64,000 nt of DNA from Eledone cirrhosa (Eukaryota), in NCBI GenBank assembly GCA_964016885.1, contig OZ024742.1, forward strand, positions 151,404,001-151,468,000. Direction: 5' to 3'. The translations under genes were made by a program, and so were the position numbers. Positions 12,383-26,941 of this stretch are shown one piece after another. The notes beneath the pieces were generated by a model. It worked only from the letters and a program-made list of their open reading frames with translations. It searched no databases and was not told the DNA's origin. Position 1 is the stretch's first letter. Every line of letters begins with the position of its first letter.

Positions 12383-14344
12383 CCGGTTCTCTATATTTTT
12401 ATTTCCTCTTCTCTATTTCCTTCTCTCTCTATTTTAACTGTATGCCCCCCCCCCCAATCATCTCTCTCTTTCATCGACTCTCTATGTTTTCATCTCTTCT
12501 CTATCTTCTTCACTTTCCATTTTCTCTCCTCTGCTCTTTATGTTTTCCTCCCCCACTCTCTATCTCCTCTTCTTTCTCCTTCTCTCTTCCCATATCTCTC
12601 TCTTTTTAATCTGCCTCTCTATCTCTTCCTCTCTTTGTTTCTCTCCCCCGCCCTCTATCTTCCCCTCTCTCACTTTCCATCTCCTCTGTTTTTCTCTCTC
12701 CCCCTTTATTTCCCCTCTCTTTTTCTCTTTTCTCCACTCTCTATCTTTTCCCCTCTCCTTCTTTATCTCATACTTTCTCCTTTTCTCTCTTCACATTTTT
12801 TATCTTTTTAACACACCTCTCATTCTCCTTCTTTCTCCTTTTCTTCTTTTCTTTCTTCTCATATCTCTAGCTTTTTAATCCTCTTCCCTATCACCACCCC
12901 TCTATCTCTTTTTCTCTTCCCGGTTTCTATCCTGTCCTCTCCCCACTCTAAACCCGTCAGATGGACTGCCTCTGTAATTCAACACACCAGTCTTGTCACA
13001 TCCCGTATCACGCTGAATCTCCCTGATAATTGCATCAAGATTACACGTGTCTTAAATCTTTAGGCACTTGCACGTTAATTTCTCGTGTAGGTTGTTCCGT
13101 TGATTGTGTAAATGAAATACTCATAGTCGAAACCGATGGAGGTGCATTGATACTTTGAGGCTGACACTGCTGAACACATTTATTTTTTGTTATTGTGAAC
13201 AAACGTAAGGCGGTGGATTGGCGATATCGGCAGAACGTCGGATACCGTGCTTTGCAGCACAGAGTTACGGCTCTTTACGTTCTGAATTCAAATCCCACCG
13301 ATGTTAGCTTTGCCTTTCATCCTTACGGGGTCAATGAAATAAAGTACCAATCACGCACTGGGGGTCGATTTAATCAACTTCCCCCTCTCCTCAAAATTTG
13401 CTGGTCTTGTGCCTAAATCAGAAACCATTATTGTGAACCAACGTGGAAGCCACTACGTGGTCACCCAACTAGAAGAGAAATTACGCTTAAATCAGATCTT
13501 ATCATAATAAAAACCGTGGATTCGTGAGATATAACTCTACGACAGGCATTAGATTCGAACTCGCAATCTTACGATTGTGAGCAGAACAAACTAGTCCTTA
13601 TGATCGAGCACATAACCACATGCCATTTCTGTTCCCATGACCATGTTTGCTTGCACAAATCGAAGAAAAACCAGTAATAAACAAATCTTTTCCCATCTCA
13701 TTGCTCATGAATAATATACAACCAAAGTTGTCAGAGAGTTCAATAATTCTTGGCAAACATAGGAATCAAACATCCCAGGAGAAGTTTCAGCGATATTCAA
13801 AACATTTTAGCCAACACCTTAAAAGGAATTAGACAAGTAAATTCTTTACAGTGCCAATAATCACAAATACATTTCCAAACCAGTACAAGATATAATGTAA
13901 TACTGTTATTCCTAATCAGGTATAGCTTAGGCTTCATAATTAAATCTCTTCTCATACTTTCAACAAACCCTTGGAGATTTGTGTTTTAATAGTAAAAATA
14001 AAATTACCCATTTAACTAAATGCAGAGGTGATTGCAATTACAACCGTTGCTCTCCATATTAACATACAGTCAGTTTTCCCCAGCATTCTATATAAAAAAC
14101 GGTTTGTCAACTATAATATTTAGCTAATTATAATATCACAAAAATGACCGGTTCTGATACATCGGGGACGTGTTTCCAAACATAGTCTCCAGTTGACACA
14201 AGCCTTATGAGTGAAATTATGTAGGCGGAGTGTAACATGTGTGGAGTGCATCATGTAATTCAAAGAGCCGGTATTGTTACGCAGTATATTTCCTTTGCCT
14301 TTAAACCGTAACTTCCGGTGGAGTCGTAGAGGAACAGTAGTGAA

Positions 14345-14400
14345 TTACAGTGTCCCTTGGGGATGTTGTAAATCTGGTGGATCCCTTTTCCTCTCCAGGT
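14345..14400 (-). CDS. Candidate last coding exon of an unidentified host gene
   Basis: Acceptor tgttttcag|AC; phase-compatible with exon 15006-15244, giving (Y)LERKRDPPDLQHPQGTL*; followed by non-repetitive DNA. Confidence 0.3.
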
Positions 14401-15005
14401 CTGAAAACAGCTGACTTTTTTTTCCAGGGAAGGAGTGTGTTTATGTGTGTGTGTGTGTGTATAAGATAGATAGATAGTTAGAGAGTAGTAAGAAAGAAAT
14501 ATAGAGGACGAATCGACCCTATTACTGGACAGGGACTTATTTATCGACCTCGAAAGGATGAAAAGCAAATTTGATCTTGGCGGAATTTGAACTCAGAATG
14601 CAGCGAGCCGGAACGAACACAACAAAGCATTTTATCTGACGTTCTAACAGCTCTGCCAATTTGCCCCCTATCACGCAGTGTATTATGGTGATTCAAAATA
14701 AATTAACCCTACTATGTCACATGTATTTATTTCATCGACTTTAATGACATAAACATATACAACTAAATAGGCGACGAATTGTCTGAACCGTTAGCACGAC
14801 GGATAGAATTGTTTGCGGTATTCGATTCGAAACTGTAAGTTCAAATCTCACCAAAGTCAAATTTTTTTTTTCATCTTACGTGGCCGACAAAAAAATGTAT
14901 CAGTTCAGAACTACTGTCGATTACTTCCTTTCATTCATCTTCTCTCTCCTTTTCCGAAAGAAATCGATTTTATAAGACCAAGATTGGGGCTACCTCCCTA
15001 CTCAC

Positions 15006-15244
15006 AATCATAGGCGCTGAGCTGGCCACCCGCAGGTGTGAGCCTTGCGAGATGGAATGGCTCTTCCAGCGCACCTCCCTTACCATCCTCCGGGGAAATG
15101 CCTTGTCCATTCTGTCCACCAGGGCTGTGGGTCGGCGAGCTCGTGGAACCCCATTTGCTCACTATACAGAGAGATGGGGAAGGCGAGAGAGATGGGGGAG
15201 GTGGCAGTGGGAGTTCGCCTCTTCCGTGTTTGGACACATTGCTC
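15006..15244 (-). CDS. Candidate host exon, Pro/Ser-rich
   Basis: GC-rich unique island; acceptor ctctcttgacag|G, donor T|gtgagt; open frame SNVSKHGRGELPLPPPP...QLSAYD. Confidence 0.4.
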
Positions 15245-16741
15245 CTGTCAAGAGAGTATTTTCATACTTGTGACGAACACTTCAATCAAACACAGCAGCT
15301 GACGACAAGAAAATCATCATCACTATCAACACTATCCTCATGATCATCAACAAGAACAACAATTTACGACGGTAATAAAACCCATACATTTTCTAGACCA
15401 AGATAGGGATGGACTCAGCCAGGTTTAAATGCCAAAGACACGCTATATGTCACGATGGTGTCTCTACAACTCTTTTAGATTGTACGTGTTCATACACACA
15501 TATATAACTAAATAAATAATTGTTTATACTTTTGGCACAAGGCCAGCAATTAACCAGTACATTACTGGTACTTTATTTCATCGACCACGTAAGGATGAAC
15601 GGCAAAGTTAACTTCAACTGGATTTAAACTCAGACCATAAAGGGAGGCAACTATGCTGGAAAACATGGCGCCCGACCCTCTACCGTTACTGCCAATTCAC
15701 CGCCTAAATAAATAATAGATGGCCGCTGAAGAACATACGTAGTTACTATTTCTTTTACGTTTTATTTTTGTTTTCGTTTTTTAACTTTTTTTCATTTTTT
15801 GTTTTTCAATATATTTTTTCTCTCACTGTTATTTTTAACATTTTTACTTTCTAATTACTTTCTAAAAAAAATATTTTATATTTTATAAAAAAAAAAAAGT
15901 TTCTGATTTTATAAATTTATTTATGTTAAAATGTTAAATTTCTTAAACGTTCTTCTTTCTTTAATCTCTTTATTAATTCTATATGTTATGCTATTTGTGT
16001 TGCTCTTCTGTTTTCAAATTATTTCTGTTCATTACTTGAATAAAAAACATTAAAAAAACCCCACGAAAATACCCCCAAACAAAAAAAAAACCCAAACAAA
16101 TAAACAAACAAATAAAAATAAAACAAAAGAAAAGGAAAAAACACTGATTTAGAAGATAAAGAATAAGAACGTAGTCGTTTAGATTTATTTGTATCTAAAT
16201 CTCTTTCAACTTGTATACATACACACACACATATATATGAACAATTCGGGACCCCGACGCCTGAGCTCCGGTCGTTTCAACCGCTAGATCTAGCTGTTCG
16301 GATCTAGCTGTTGAGTGGGTAATATGAAAAATTCGGGGTCCCGAATTTTTCATGTTACCCACTCTACTACTCCAAGTATCGATACTCTGGTGAGTAATAG
16401 TCTAACTGATTTGTACCGCCTCCATTCTGATCTACATATATATGAAGGCGCGTTGTTTTGTGATTAAGCTATCTGGCTCACGTGAGGTCGTGAGTTCGAT
16501 TCTCGGTGGTGTGCACTGTCGTTAAGCAAGAGACTTTATTTCGCGTTGCTCCAGTCTACACAACTGGCAAAAAGGATTTGTACCTGTAATTCAAACATGA
16601 GAACTTTGTTAAAAGTATGCGTGTTTGTGGAATGCTCAGCCACTTGCACGTTAATTTCACTAGCAGGTTGTTTTGTTGATCGTATTAACAGGAATACTCG
16701 CCGTCGTAACCGAGAGAATGCCACAAGTGTATGTATATATA

Positions 16742-17235
16742 TAAGCAGAAGGGATATTCAATTTGTTGGTAAATCAACAAATATAAATGTTTATAACTGA
16801 TTCAGAGCACTCGACAGTTTTCTGGAGTATAATATTTAATGATATTAAATAAATGGAAACTATCTTTATAAAACCATATTTATTCTATTATATATATTTC
16901 AAGGGTACCAACATTTTGGTACGCTATCATCAGATAAAATACGAAGTGTGTTTTATAAATCTTGACATAACCAAGGAAAATATACCTTAACGGTTCAAGT
17001 TTTCCAATGATAACTTGAACCGTTAAGGTATATTTTCCTTGGTTATGTCAAAATTTATAAAACACACTTCGTATTTTATCTGATGATAGCGTACCAAAAT
17101 GTTGGTACCCTTGTAATATATATAATAGAATAAATCTGGTTTTATAAATATAATTTCCATTTATTTAATATCATTGTATATATATATATATATATATATA
17201 CAATGATATTAAATAAATGGAAATTATATTCATAA

Positions 17236-17240
<5 letters not shown>
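16742..17240. mobile_element. Fold-back HHR mini-element family C (second copy 29887-30172)
   Basis: ~338-bp palindrome 16838-17175 with a 10-nt spacer at 17002-17011; flanked by (TA)n. Confidence 0.85.
16881..16941 (-). ncRNA. Type I hammerhead ribozyme (mirror copy 17072-17132 + has GAAA>GTAA)
   Basis: TATTTTAT CTGATGA tagc-gtaccaa-aatg-ttggtac-cctt GAAA TATATA TA ATAGAATA. Confidence 0.8.
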
Positions 17241-17278
<38 letters not shown>

Positions 17279-17912
17279 CCTTAACTCCGCACGCCACCCC
17301 CTCCTCGCCCACTCCATCCACCTCTTCATCCAAAACCTCAACCACGACCTCTTCTCCTTCCTCACCTCCACCGAAGCCCTTAAGCTACACTCACTCCTCC
17401 CTACCACCCCCATCCACCACCACCCACCCATCCCTATGACCCCCCCCATATATATATATATATAAATATATATATAGTGTGGCTGGTGGCTGGCCAGGAC
17501 GTCAGCTTGCCTGATGGAAAGTGAGCCCCTTTAGTTATTTGTAGGAAAAATATGAAAATAAATATGACAAATGATGCAATAAACGAAGCCGGTGTGGAAG
17601 GACACTATATAGATATTTAATGAAATCCCTAAAGCAGGAAAGACGATAAAGGTTTCAGAGACGAATGTTTAGAATATGAGTTTTAAAAAGTTGGTAGCTT
17701 ATTTTGTCAACCCCGGAAGGATGATATAACTTTAAAAAATGTTTAAACGTTCGATTTATCTCGGTGGTTGAGTGGCACAATTGCTGGTTATATAATTGTG
17801 TAACTGCTTAATTTACATAGCAAAAGCTTTTTCAGAGTTCAATCTCCTCGTGCGAAGAAGATTTTTTTTTGTTTCTCGTTTTGCCAACTAGAAGAAGGTA
17901 GAATGTAGATGA

Positions 17913-18245
17913 AGCACTGCTCGCCTCGGAAGCTCTAACTGTGGCTATAGCTTCCTTTGGCTTAGCCGTGCTGAAAGCACCGCCCACCTCTGAAGTTCTA
18001 GCTATGACTATAGCTTGCTTTGGCTTAGTTGTGCTAAAAGCACCGCTCACCTCGGTAGCTCTAGCTGTGGCTCTGTGATTATAGCTTCCTTTGGCTTAGC
18101 CGTGCTCAAAGCACCGCTCGCCTCGGAAGCTCTAGCTTTGTGTGTCTGGTTATGGCTTGCATTCGCATCGCTCGGCAATGCCCTGCTCGCCTCGCAAGTC
18201 CAAGCGTTGTGTGACTGTCTATGTCTTGCATTGGCATCGCTGGAC
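17913..18245. repeat. GC-rich 63-71 bp minisatellite, ~5 units
   Basis: gcac(c/t)gctcgcctcggaagctcta at 17913, 17976, 18040, 18111, ~18180. Confidence 0.8.
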
Positions 18246-18299
18246 ATTGCAAAAGATATTCTGGACAATTAGCCTTTTACCTTAGATTTATTTAAATGT

Positions 18300-18334
18300 C
18301 CTTAATTTTCGAGACAATATCTCTTCTTCGGAGG
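18300..18334 (-). ncRNA. Degenerate minimal HHR in the PLE 3' region (U4>C)
   Basis: CCT CCGAAGA a-gaga-tattg-tctc GAAA AT TA AGG. Confidence 0.55.
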
Positions 18335-18644
18335 GAAGTAAAGCGGTTAAACCAGTGTTCTAAATAGCTTGCCAAGTCATGCTGACAGGAAATGGTAAAG
18401 AGTATCTGTTCTATCTCTAATGTCAAAGAGTTAAGGTTAGGTGGATAAAGAGTAGTCTCCCTTTAAAAGGTTTTTTTTGTACATGTCTGTTTAAGTGTGT
18501 GGGAGAATGTGTGAATGTGTAAGTATGTGTGTGTGTGTGTGTGTGAGTGTGAGAAGATATGTCTATACGTAAATGTGGGAGATAGATGTTCTCTCGTGTT
18601 AGAACTGGTCTTTGTGTGTGTGAGAGAGAATAAGTGGAGGTGTA

Positions 18645-18692
<48 letters not shown>

Positions 18693-19143
18693 CGTGTGTG
18701 TGTGCGTGCGTTTGTGTGGGAGGGAGTGTGTAAGTATGGGGCTAGATGCTCTATCAAGTTATACATTGGGTATTGAGTTCTAGTCTATTATTAATTGGTG
18801 GTTGTGTTTTGTCTATAATTAGTGCTTCCTTAATTCTAAGATTGCCGAGGTTTCTTTCCTTAGTTTCTATCCTAACTGTTATGGTTTTGTCGGTGTTTTT
18901 GCATTTCACTAGGTGTTTCTTAAATGAGGAAGCGTTAGTATTGAGGTGTTCTTTTATTCTTATGTGGAGTGGTCTGGTGGTGCTACCTACGTAGAAGTTG
19001 CTGCATTTGTCGCACTCTAGTCTGTATACGACGTAAGCCTGGTGGCATAGGTCTGTGTCGTTGATGGGGCAGTTGGCTAGTCTGCAGCGGTTGTCATGTC
19101 TGGTGGAGTGTCTTTTGGTTAGCTGCCCGCGTAGAGAAGGTCC

Positions 19144-19905
19144 TTAGTGGGCCAGTTGGATATCTAGTCCCTCTCGTCTGATAGCTCTGCGGATGGCTGT
19201 TATTGTTTGGTCACTGAAGTGTGGGAGCTTCAGGAAGCAAATGTTAGTGCCTCGGATGTGGTGTCCTTTGTTCTTTCTGGCACGGTTTGTGGTGGATGTC
19301 GTGTATCCGTTCAGTTTGAGTACTTCCAGGAAATGTGTGGTGTGTGTGTCTCGGTCTCTAGCGTCGGTGCATTTGTTCCGGATACGTGTTAGTTCGTTCC
19401 TTATGTATCCGAACTTAGCTCCGGCTGGGAGGGCCGATCTGAAATGTACAAACAGGTCCTTGTTGGTGGCTTTTTTTTTATAGAAGCAGGTGTGGATGTT
19501 GCCTTCCTCTGTTACCTTGAGTTGAAAGTCCAGTAGGGATAGGGAACCGCGGTCATCGGGGTGTTCCATGCTGAACTTTATACTGGCGTCAATGCTGGAG
19601 AATGTTGTGTATATTTTATCCGCCTCCTCACCGGATGATGTAAGGATGAGTATGTCATCTACATATCGGGTGAAGAAGGTATGGGAATGGCAGGTGTTGA
19701 GGGCTCGGCATTCTAGCTGGTTCATATAGGTGATGGCCAGCAGGCCCGATAGGCTGGATCCCATGGGTAATCCTGTTGTCTGTCTGTATGTGTGTTGGTG
19801 AAAGGTGAAGTACGTGTTGTCCACTGTGAAGGACAAAAGCTGGTGTATGTCCGTCGGATGGAAGCCGTAGCAATGGATGTCCTCTGCGACCACGCAGTCC
19901 GTCAA
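19144..19905 (-). pseudogene. PLE reverse transcriptase fragment
   Basis: ORF with QTTGLPMGS and RYVDDI. Confidence 0.9.
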
Positions 19906-21115
19906 TAAATCGACAGCTGGATGAGCGGGGACTGTAGTGTAGAGGGAGACAACGTCGAGGCTAAAGGCGTATCTATTTAGTTTAAGTTGTTCTGGTTGGA
20001 GTTGGTGTAGTCTACGTATGACTTCGTCGGAGCTACAGACATGCCCGGGAAAGGTGGAGAGTAGAGGCTTCAGGACCTGGGAGAGGAGCCAGGATATTTT
20101 GTATAGAGGTCCTTCTATGCTAATACACCCTCACAGACATACATTCACACACATGCACATACCTTCACACAAACACGCACATACCTTTATACAAACACAC
20201 ACATACACATACACACACACACAGCGTAACAAATGGAAAGCCGCCGCTGTTTTGCTATAGTTTTTTCAACACACCCTCCCTTCCTTTAACATAGACATAC
20301 ATTCACACGAACACACATACTGTGTGACAAACTGACGGAAGTCGCTCAAACTTATATATAGATGCAGATGTGATAGAGAGAGTGATAGAGTGGAAGTGAG
20401 AAAGAGATATAGACGAAAGATCGACCCTCGAACTGGACGGTACTTTTTTCTCGACTTCGAAAGGATGGACGGCAAGATTTGAACTGAAAGTACGGAGAGC
20501 CCGGCAAGATTTGAACTGAAAGTACGCATTCTCTCCGCCTCTAGTCATATATATATGAGTCGTTAGAGCACCGGAGAAATTGTTGTACAGTACTTGTTTC
20601 GCCTCTGTTCGTTCGAATACTGCTGCTGTTAATTCTGCATTTCATCCTTTTAAGGTCGATAAATAAAGTACCAGTATTGGCGTTGATTGTTTCTATCTCT
20701 CTTTGGAAAACACCAAAGCTCGGAATAATAATAATAATTTCTTTTGACAAGTTACTAGGCCAACTTTAGTGGGATTACATAGCAGAGTGAATTTATTGCA
20801 GTGTCTCACACGCATTTATTTTCTCTATAAAGAGTGTTTAGTTAATCAATGTGAGATTTGAACGAGGAACTCTGAGGGAAAAATATAACACAGTAGATAA
20901 TTTAGTTCACCATACCAACATTGTTTTTTTGTTATTGACTCTCTTTTAAATTAAATGGAAAAAAACAAACAAACAATAAACAAACTAAAAACGATATGCA
21001 CTTAAGCAAACAAAAAAGCCATCTAGGAAAAGGGCTAGTGTTGACTAAAGTTAACTTGTGTCGATTTAGAATGAGTCATTTACAGAATAGTCCTTAAAAA
21101 TATATACATATAAAC

Positions 21116-21191
<76 letters not shown>

Positions 21192-21409
21192 CTGTCAACA
21201 AATTACTGGCGAAACAGATCTCTTTGGATTTGTACGTGTGTTATATAGTTATAGAGGTATTTATTTACGCTTTAATTTATATTTTTAATTATCGTGTCTA
21301 TAGTCTGCCTTTCATAAGTTATAGATTCCATACACTGGTGGCTTTTTCCCTGTTTTATTGATAGCGCACTGTATATCTCTCTCTGGTGTGTTACCTTTTC
21401 AACATATTG

Positions 21410-21483
<74 letters not shown>

Positions 21484-21870
21484 CCGAATTCTTTGCTTTC
21501 TAACCATGTTACATTACTAATGGATAGTCGAATGAAATTCTCCACATTTTCTAAAAAGCCACGAAAACATTTTAACACTCTTTGGAAGTTTTAATTCGGT
21601 GTACGTTGTGTATATGAATCCAGGAGCCACTGTATAATTGTTTATTGAGGTGTGGTGGAAATGTGTTAACACGCTTTGGTCTTTATATACATACAAATCC
21701 AACTGATTGTTGTCACCAGTTACAGGAGACTTGTTCAGAAAATTCTCAACTTTCACTCAAGCTTAATAAACAGAACGCGAAACACCAAGAAAGAAACAAC
21801 AATAACCACAACAATACCAATGTGGTTATTTTCGGCAATTTTTTTTCTTTCATTGTACTGTTTTATGTCC

Positions 21871-21904
<34 letters not shown>

Positions 21905-22040
21905 TAATAATAATATATATATATATATATATATATACAAATAGTCCCATATATATACATATACATGTATAGATACACTCACACACACACATATATAGCT
22001 GTACATATATATAATCATATGTATACATACACATATACAG

Positions 22041-22113
<73 letters not shown>

Positions 22114-22141
22114 ATGTTCGAAGAAAACCGTCTTTCTTTTG

Positions 22142-22173
<32 letters not shown>

Positions 22174-24527
22174 ACACACACCCACATACACAAACACACA
22201 AACAGATATATATATATCGTTACGTAATGCTACATAAGTTTCTAATTTTAACGGTTGATGATTAGGAAGTAAGAATACGGATTTTGAATATGTTTTGCGA
22301 AGAGAAGCGTTCAGAACGTGTTGTATATATACATACAAAATGCATGACTGCCTACATGCATACATTTATACATATGATAAATGCACGTATAAGTACTTGC
22401 ATATATGCTCGAATAATTACACCATGCCAAATATTTAGGACAGCATAATTCATAATCTTGCAATGTTCCTTAAATCTTTATTAGGCTTACTAGAAAGTAC
22501 AGGGCCTTGGTGTAAATACACTGTAATATGTGTTATATTGTATTGTTAACTGTTGTGTCAACTGTACTTGTGAAGATACTTTCGTAATGCATAGACTGTA
22601 TTATACAAGTAGATACACGCTCTATAATGTTGAAATGTTCAGTAAAATCCTTACAAAATAGGTTATGACCTAGAATTCCACATACATTTGTCATCTGAAG
22701 ATTATCTTTAGGCAGGATCACGGCGATCATGTGACAAGGTCACGCTATTGATCCGTAGATACAGGTTATCTGAACTATAAGGGTCATTGTCAGGAGAAAT
22801 AAATAAATAACTGAAGTAGGCAAAGCAGTATAAAAAAATGTTATGCTTCTGTAAGGAAATTCTATTGGCTAATGATTTATAGAGCCAATAACAACGCTTT
22901 TGCAACCTATTAAATAAAGATAGGTATATCAAGGCAGCCAACTGGCGAAGTCGCTAGATCGTCGGATAAATGCTTTGCGGTATTTGTTCTGCTTTTCAGC
23001 ACTCTGAGTTCGAATTCAGCCGAGGTCAACTTTGTCTTTCATCCTTTCAAGGTCAATAAAATAGTACCAGTCCAGTATTGGGGCAAATTCTTCCATTATG
23101 TATCTTTCTCGCTTCATTTCTATATCTCTTTCTCTCCTTTTTTGAAAGAAATTATATGCTTTCAAGCTTGAAAAGGGGATGGGCTCCGCCAGGTTAGAAA
23201 TGCATCAGAAATGCCATATGTTACCATGGCGTCCCTACCACCCCACTAGGAGTTACGGGTGCATTCATACATATAGGTAAATCAAACAAAATTGATTAGA
23301 ATTTTATGGTTTAGAGCTGTAATAAATGGATGCAATCTGGATAGCTCAGTTGAGGATATGATTTAAAAACACACCAATACATTACTACAAATAGATATAA
23401 AAATACAGTGGACACGGTATAGCCGAATGGTTATGGGGTTCACTTATAATCATTAGGTCACAGGTTCGATCCAACTATGTGACATCTTGGGCAACTGTTA
23501 TGTACCATAGCTTCATGTCAGCCCATGTCTTTTCAGTGAAATTGGTTCGGAAGCTCGTCATATTGACCGAACCTGTAATCTAAAGAGCCAGCCTTATGAC
23601 ATACTGTGCCACGCTAAATCTCCTTGAGAATCACCTTAAGGGTAAATGTATCTGTATAATGCTTAGTTTCACGGACAGACCGATTCATTGATCGAACAAC
23701 TAGAACACTCATCGTTGAAACCAACGGAGGTACATTACATTGAAATAAAGAAATATTAAAGAAATATCAACTTGCAAATTAATGAGTATCTGTTCAATGT
23801 CTCTAGCTTAAAAACATCCGAGTATACGTTAATATTTAACAAGATACTTTGCCCATATATAATACTTTGCCAATATATAATAGAAGAGAAAGTATACCGT
23901 GTTGGATGACAAAAGGAGAGCAGACTTTATAGAGAGAAAGATAAAATCAAAGGACATGTGCAACCACAGATCTACTACACTTTTACTGTTAACATGGAAA
24001 ATACTGACATATTTGATAGCTGATAAGATGTAATTCTACATAGAAATGTAACACACATCTAGTGAAAAAACGAAAAGTCAGATAACAGGAGAGATAAGAG
24101 GAAACTAGAAAGAAAGATAGCGAGATAGATAATGGAATTTTCCCTTTATTGAAGTGAAATCAGGAAAAAAGAATATAAATATAGGATGAAATTATTAGTG
24201 AAAATATAAGAGTTGTTTCCCACTATAGTAATATCGAACAAAGACCTTAACCACCCAATGTTCATTGGTGAACCCAAAACTTTCTTTGAAAGTGGGGGAA
24301 GCGATCTAATCTTTTATACTCATTTACCAAAGATATTGAAATGTAGACTGGTACTGATAAACATGCCATATTTCTAATGCATGTATGGACCCGTCAATCC
24401 TGATAGAGTTATAGGGACGCCGTAGTGACATGCAGCATGTCTTGGGTATTTTAAACCCGACAGAGCCCATCTCTCTTCAAGTATGAACTCAGCCGATTTC
24501 CTCCAGAGAGAGAGAAAGAAAGAAAGG

Positions 24528-24609
<82 letters not shown>

Positions 24610-26941
24610 ATGAAAAAGATATAGAGGACGGATCAACGAAGTACAGGACTGGTACCTTTTTATCGACTTCGAAAGAATGAAAAGTAAAGTTGACCCCGGG
24701 CAGATTTTGAACACAGGGACGACTCAGACAAATATTGCAAAGTATGCTACCCGACTTTCTAGCGAGTCTGCCAATTCGCTGCTATACATAGAAAAGTAAA
24801 TATAATTACATCTGAAAGAATCTCATTCCCAGTTAATAAAACAATAGGATTACTCAAAAAGAGGACGAAGACTATAAATATATGAATGTGGTGTAGCATG
24901 ACAAATTGACCAGATAGGATATAAAAGTAGCTGGAAAAAATATAAGGTATATCTATAGATTTTAGCCAGCATTGTGCATAATAGATGTAAAATCTTTGTA
25001 TGCATATACAGTATTATCAAAGATAGAAACAGAGATCAGCCAAATTAGTTCCTGTTCTGTTCATACGACCAAATTATCGTCTTTCAACCAATTCAATTTT
25101 TTGTATCTAATTCCCGGTAAACCCTGGTAGAGCAGGTCAATAAACAATGATGTTGCAGCCATCAAAACCCAATTTTTCTGTATATCTGATACGGTATAGT
25201 TTATGTGTCTTTCTAGCATGTCATTACAAAGAAACACCCTCGTTGGCTCAACTAGTTAAACCCGTATAGAGACATTTAGATTATTTTTTATAGATATGAT
25301 AAGTCTGGTATTTAGTTAATAGAAGTTTGTGTGATGCCAGGCAAACCCAGTTTAAACGTGAGAAACAGAACAGATATTGAAGAGGATTAATAATACTCAA
25401 CACGATGGGATTCCAATAAAGAAAGCGCGTCAATCCCATGACAAGATGAAACGGTGGGGAAGAAAACGAAAAAGAAATAGAAAAATAACAAAAAACAAAA
25501 AACAAAAACAAAAAAACAAAACAAAACAAAACAAAAAACAAAACAAAACAAAAAAACAAAACAAAACAAAAACAATTTTATATGGTGTAAAAGATTTGTT
25601 GAAACTTTACTTCGGTAATTCCAAGAAAATTATTTCTACAACTCAAGTCTAGCTTAAATAGGGATATTCAAAATTGATTTGCTTCTGTTTCAGAAATAAT
25701 CTTTAATTAATACCATGGGTTTTTCCCGATCCGTCTAAATATTTGCTTGAAAAAAAAAATGTCCATTATTTCTTATGTTATTTTTATGTTTATGTTTACA
25801 TTCTGAACGGGATCTAAGAATCAATTTACCATTATTTAAGCAGTAAATATGACAAATCAGATCAACGAACCTATTTTTATTTGAAATGTTTCCTTATTAA
25901 TATTGTATATCCCCATAAAATCCGTTTAAGCTGCACAACATTCGGTCTCTTTTTTTTCTTCTGAACTGTTTCAAAATTGTCATTATTTTCTGTAAGAGTG
26001 AAACATGTTGAAAAAGCTAATTAATGATGAACATAAGATTTATACCTAATACACTGTTCCGAGATCAAACGCAGCTACAGTCAAACGTCGGTTCATATGA
26101 GGTCTGATTTCCCTCTGAACTTCATGACTTCATGAATGGCAAATTGATCGAGTGTTTTGAGCGTCGGACCAAATGTCTTGCGGTATTTGTTCTGGTTCAC
26201 TTTGAATTCAAATCATACCGAGATCAACTTCGTATTTCATCTTTTTGGGATTGCCCGCTGTGGCTTGTTTAAGTGGTAGACAATATCCGTTATCCTGTTT
26301 AATATCACCACCTTGTCTTTGGGTGCTTTTGGTGGAGACCATTTCTGGTTCAAGCACTGAAGCAAGATTTCTCCTGTCTCTGTGGCCTTAAAATAGTTCA
26401 ATAGTACTGTCCTCCTCACCCTAATAACAACGAGAAACAGTGTGTGAAATTGTTCAATGATAGGTAGTTTAATTTTGTCATTTATTTAAATCGGACCACT
26501 TCTAAACACTTATATATAATCTCTTGTGTATAAGTGTATCATTATTTTAAAATTCTTTGATCTCTTCCGATGGCAAAGCAATTGGTTTTAAGTGAAACAA
26601 AGCCTTAATTTAGAAACAATAGCAATAAATAGCTATATGTTGAGTTTTAGAAATGTCTTTCTTATTTTTTCTGTTATGTTTATAGACTGAATTTGCAGAA
26701 AATAAAATTATATTGTGACTTTCTTAGTGAGAAAACCTCGACTTTTCAAGATTATGACTGAAACATTTAATTCAAAATAATTAGTTAGACAAAGTATAAT
26801 TGATTAAAATGTATATCTGTAATATGGTTAGAAAATGTATATCTGAAATATGCTTAGAAATATGGGATATAAATAGTATCTTTCTCAATAATTTTGAAGT
26901 AAGTGCTTACAAAACCTAGGGGAAACAGAATTCTATTTCAG

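Larger units (their letters stand above)
18290..20110 (-). mobile_element. Penelope-like element, 5'-truncated (RT + C-terminal GIY-YIG)
   Basis: FSLDVVSLYT, GLPMGSSLS, RYVDD and LSLLD motifs; downstream YVVYRLECDKC..FYVGSTTRPLHIRIKEH. Confidence 0.9.

Noticed and set aside
26237-26422. Possible minus-strand exon after ttgttattag
   Set aside because: No recognisable protein or clear phase-compatible donor
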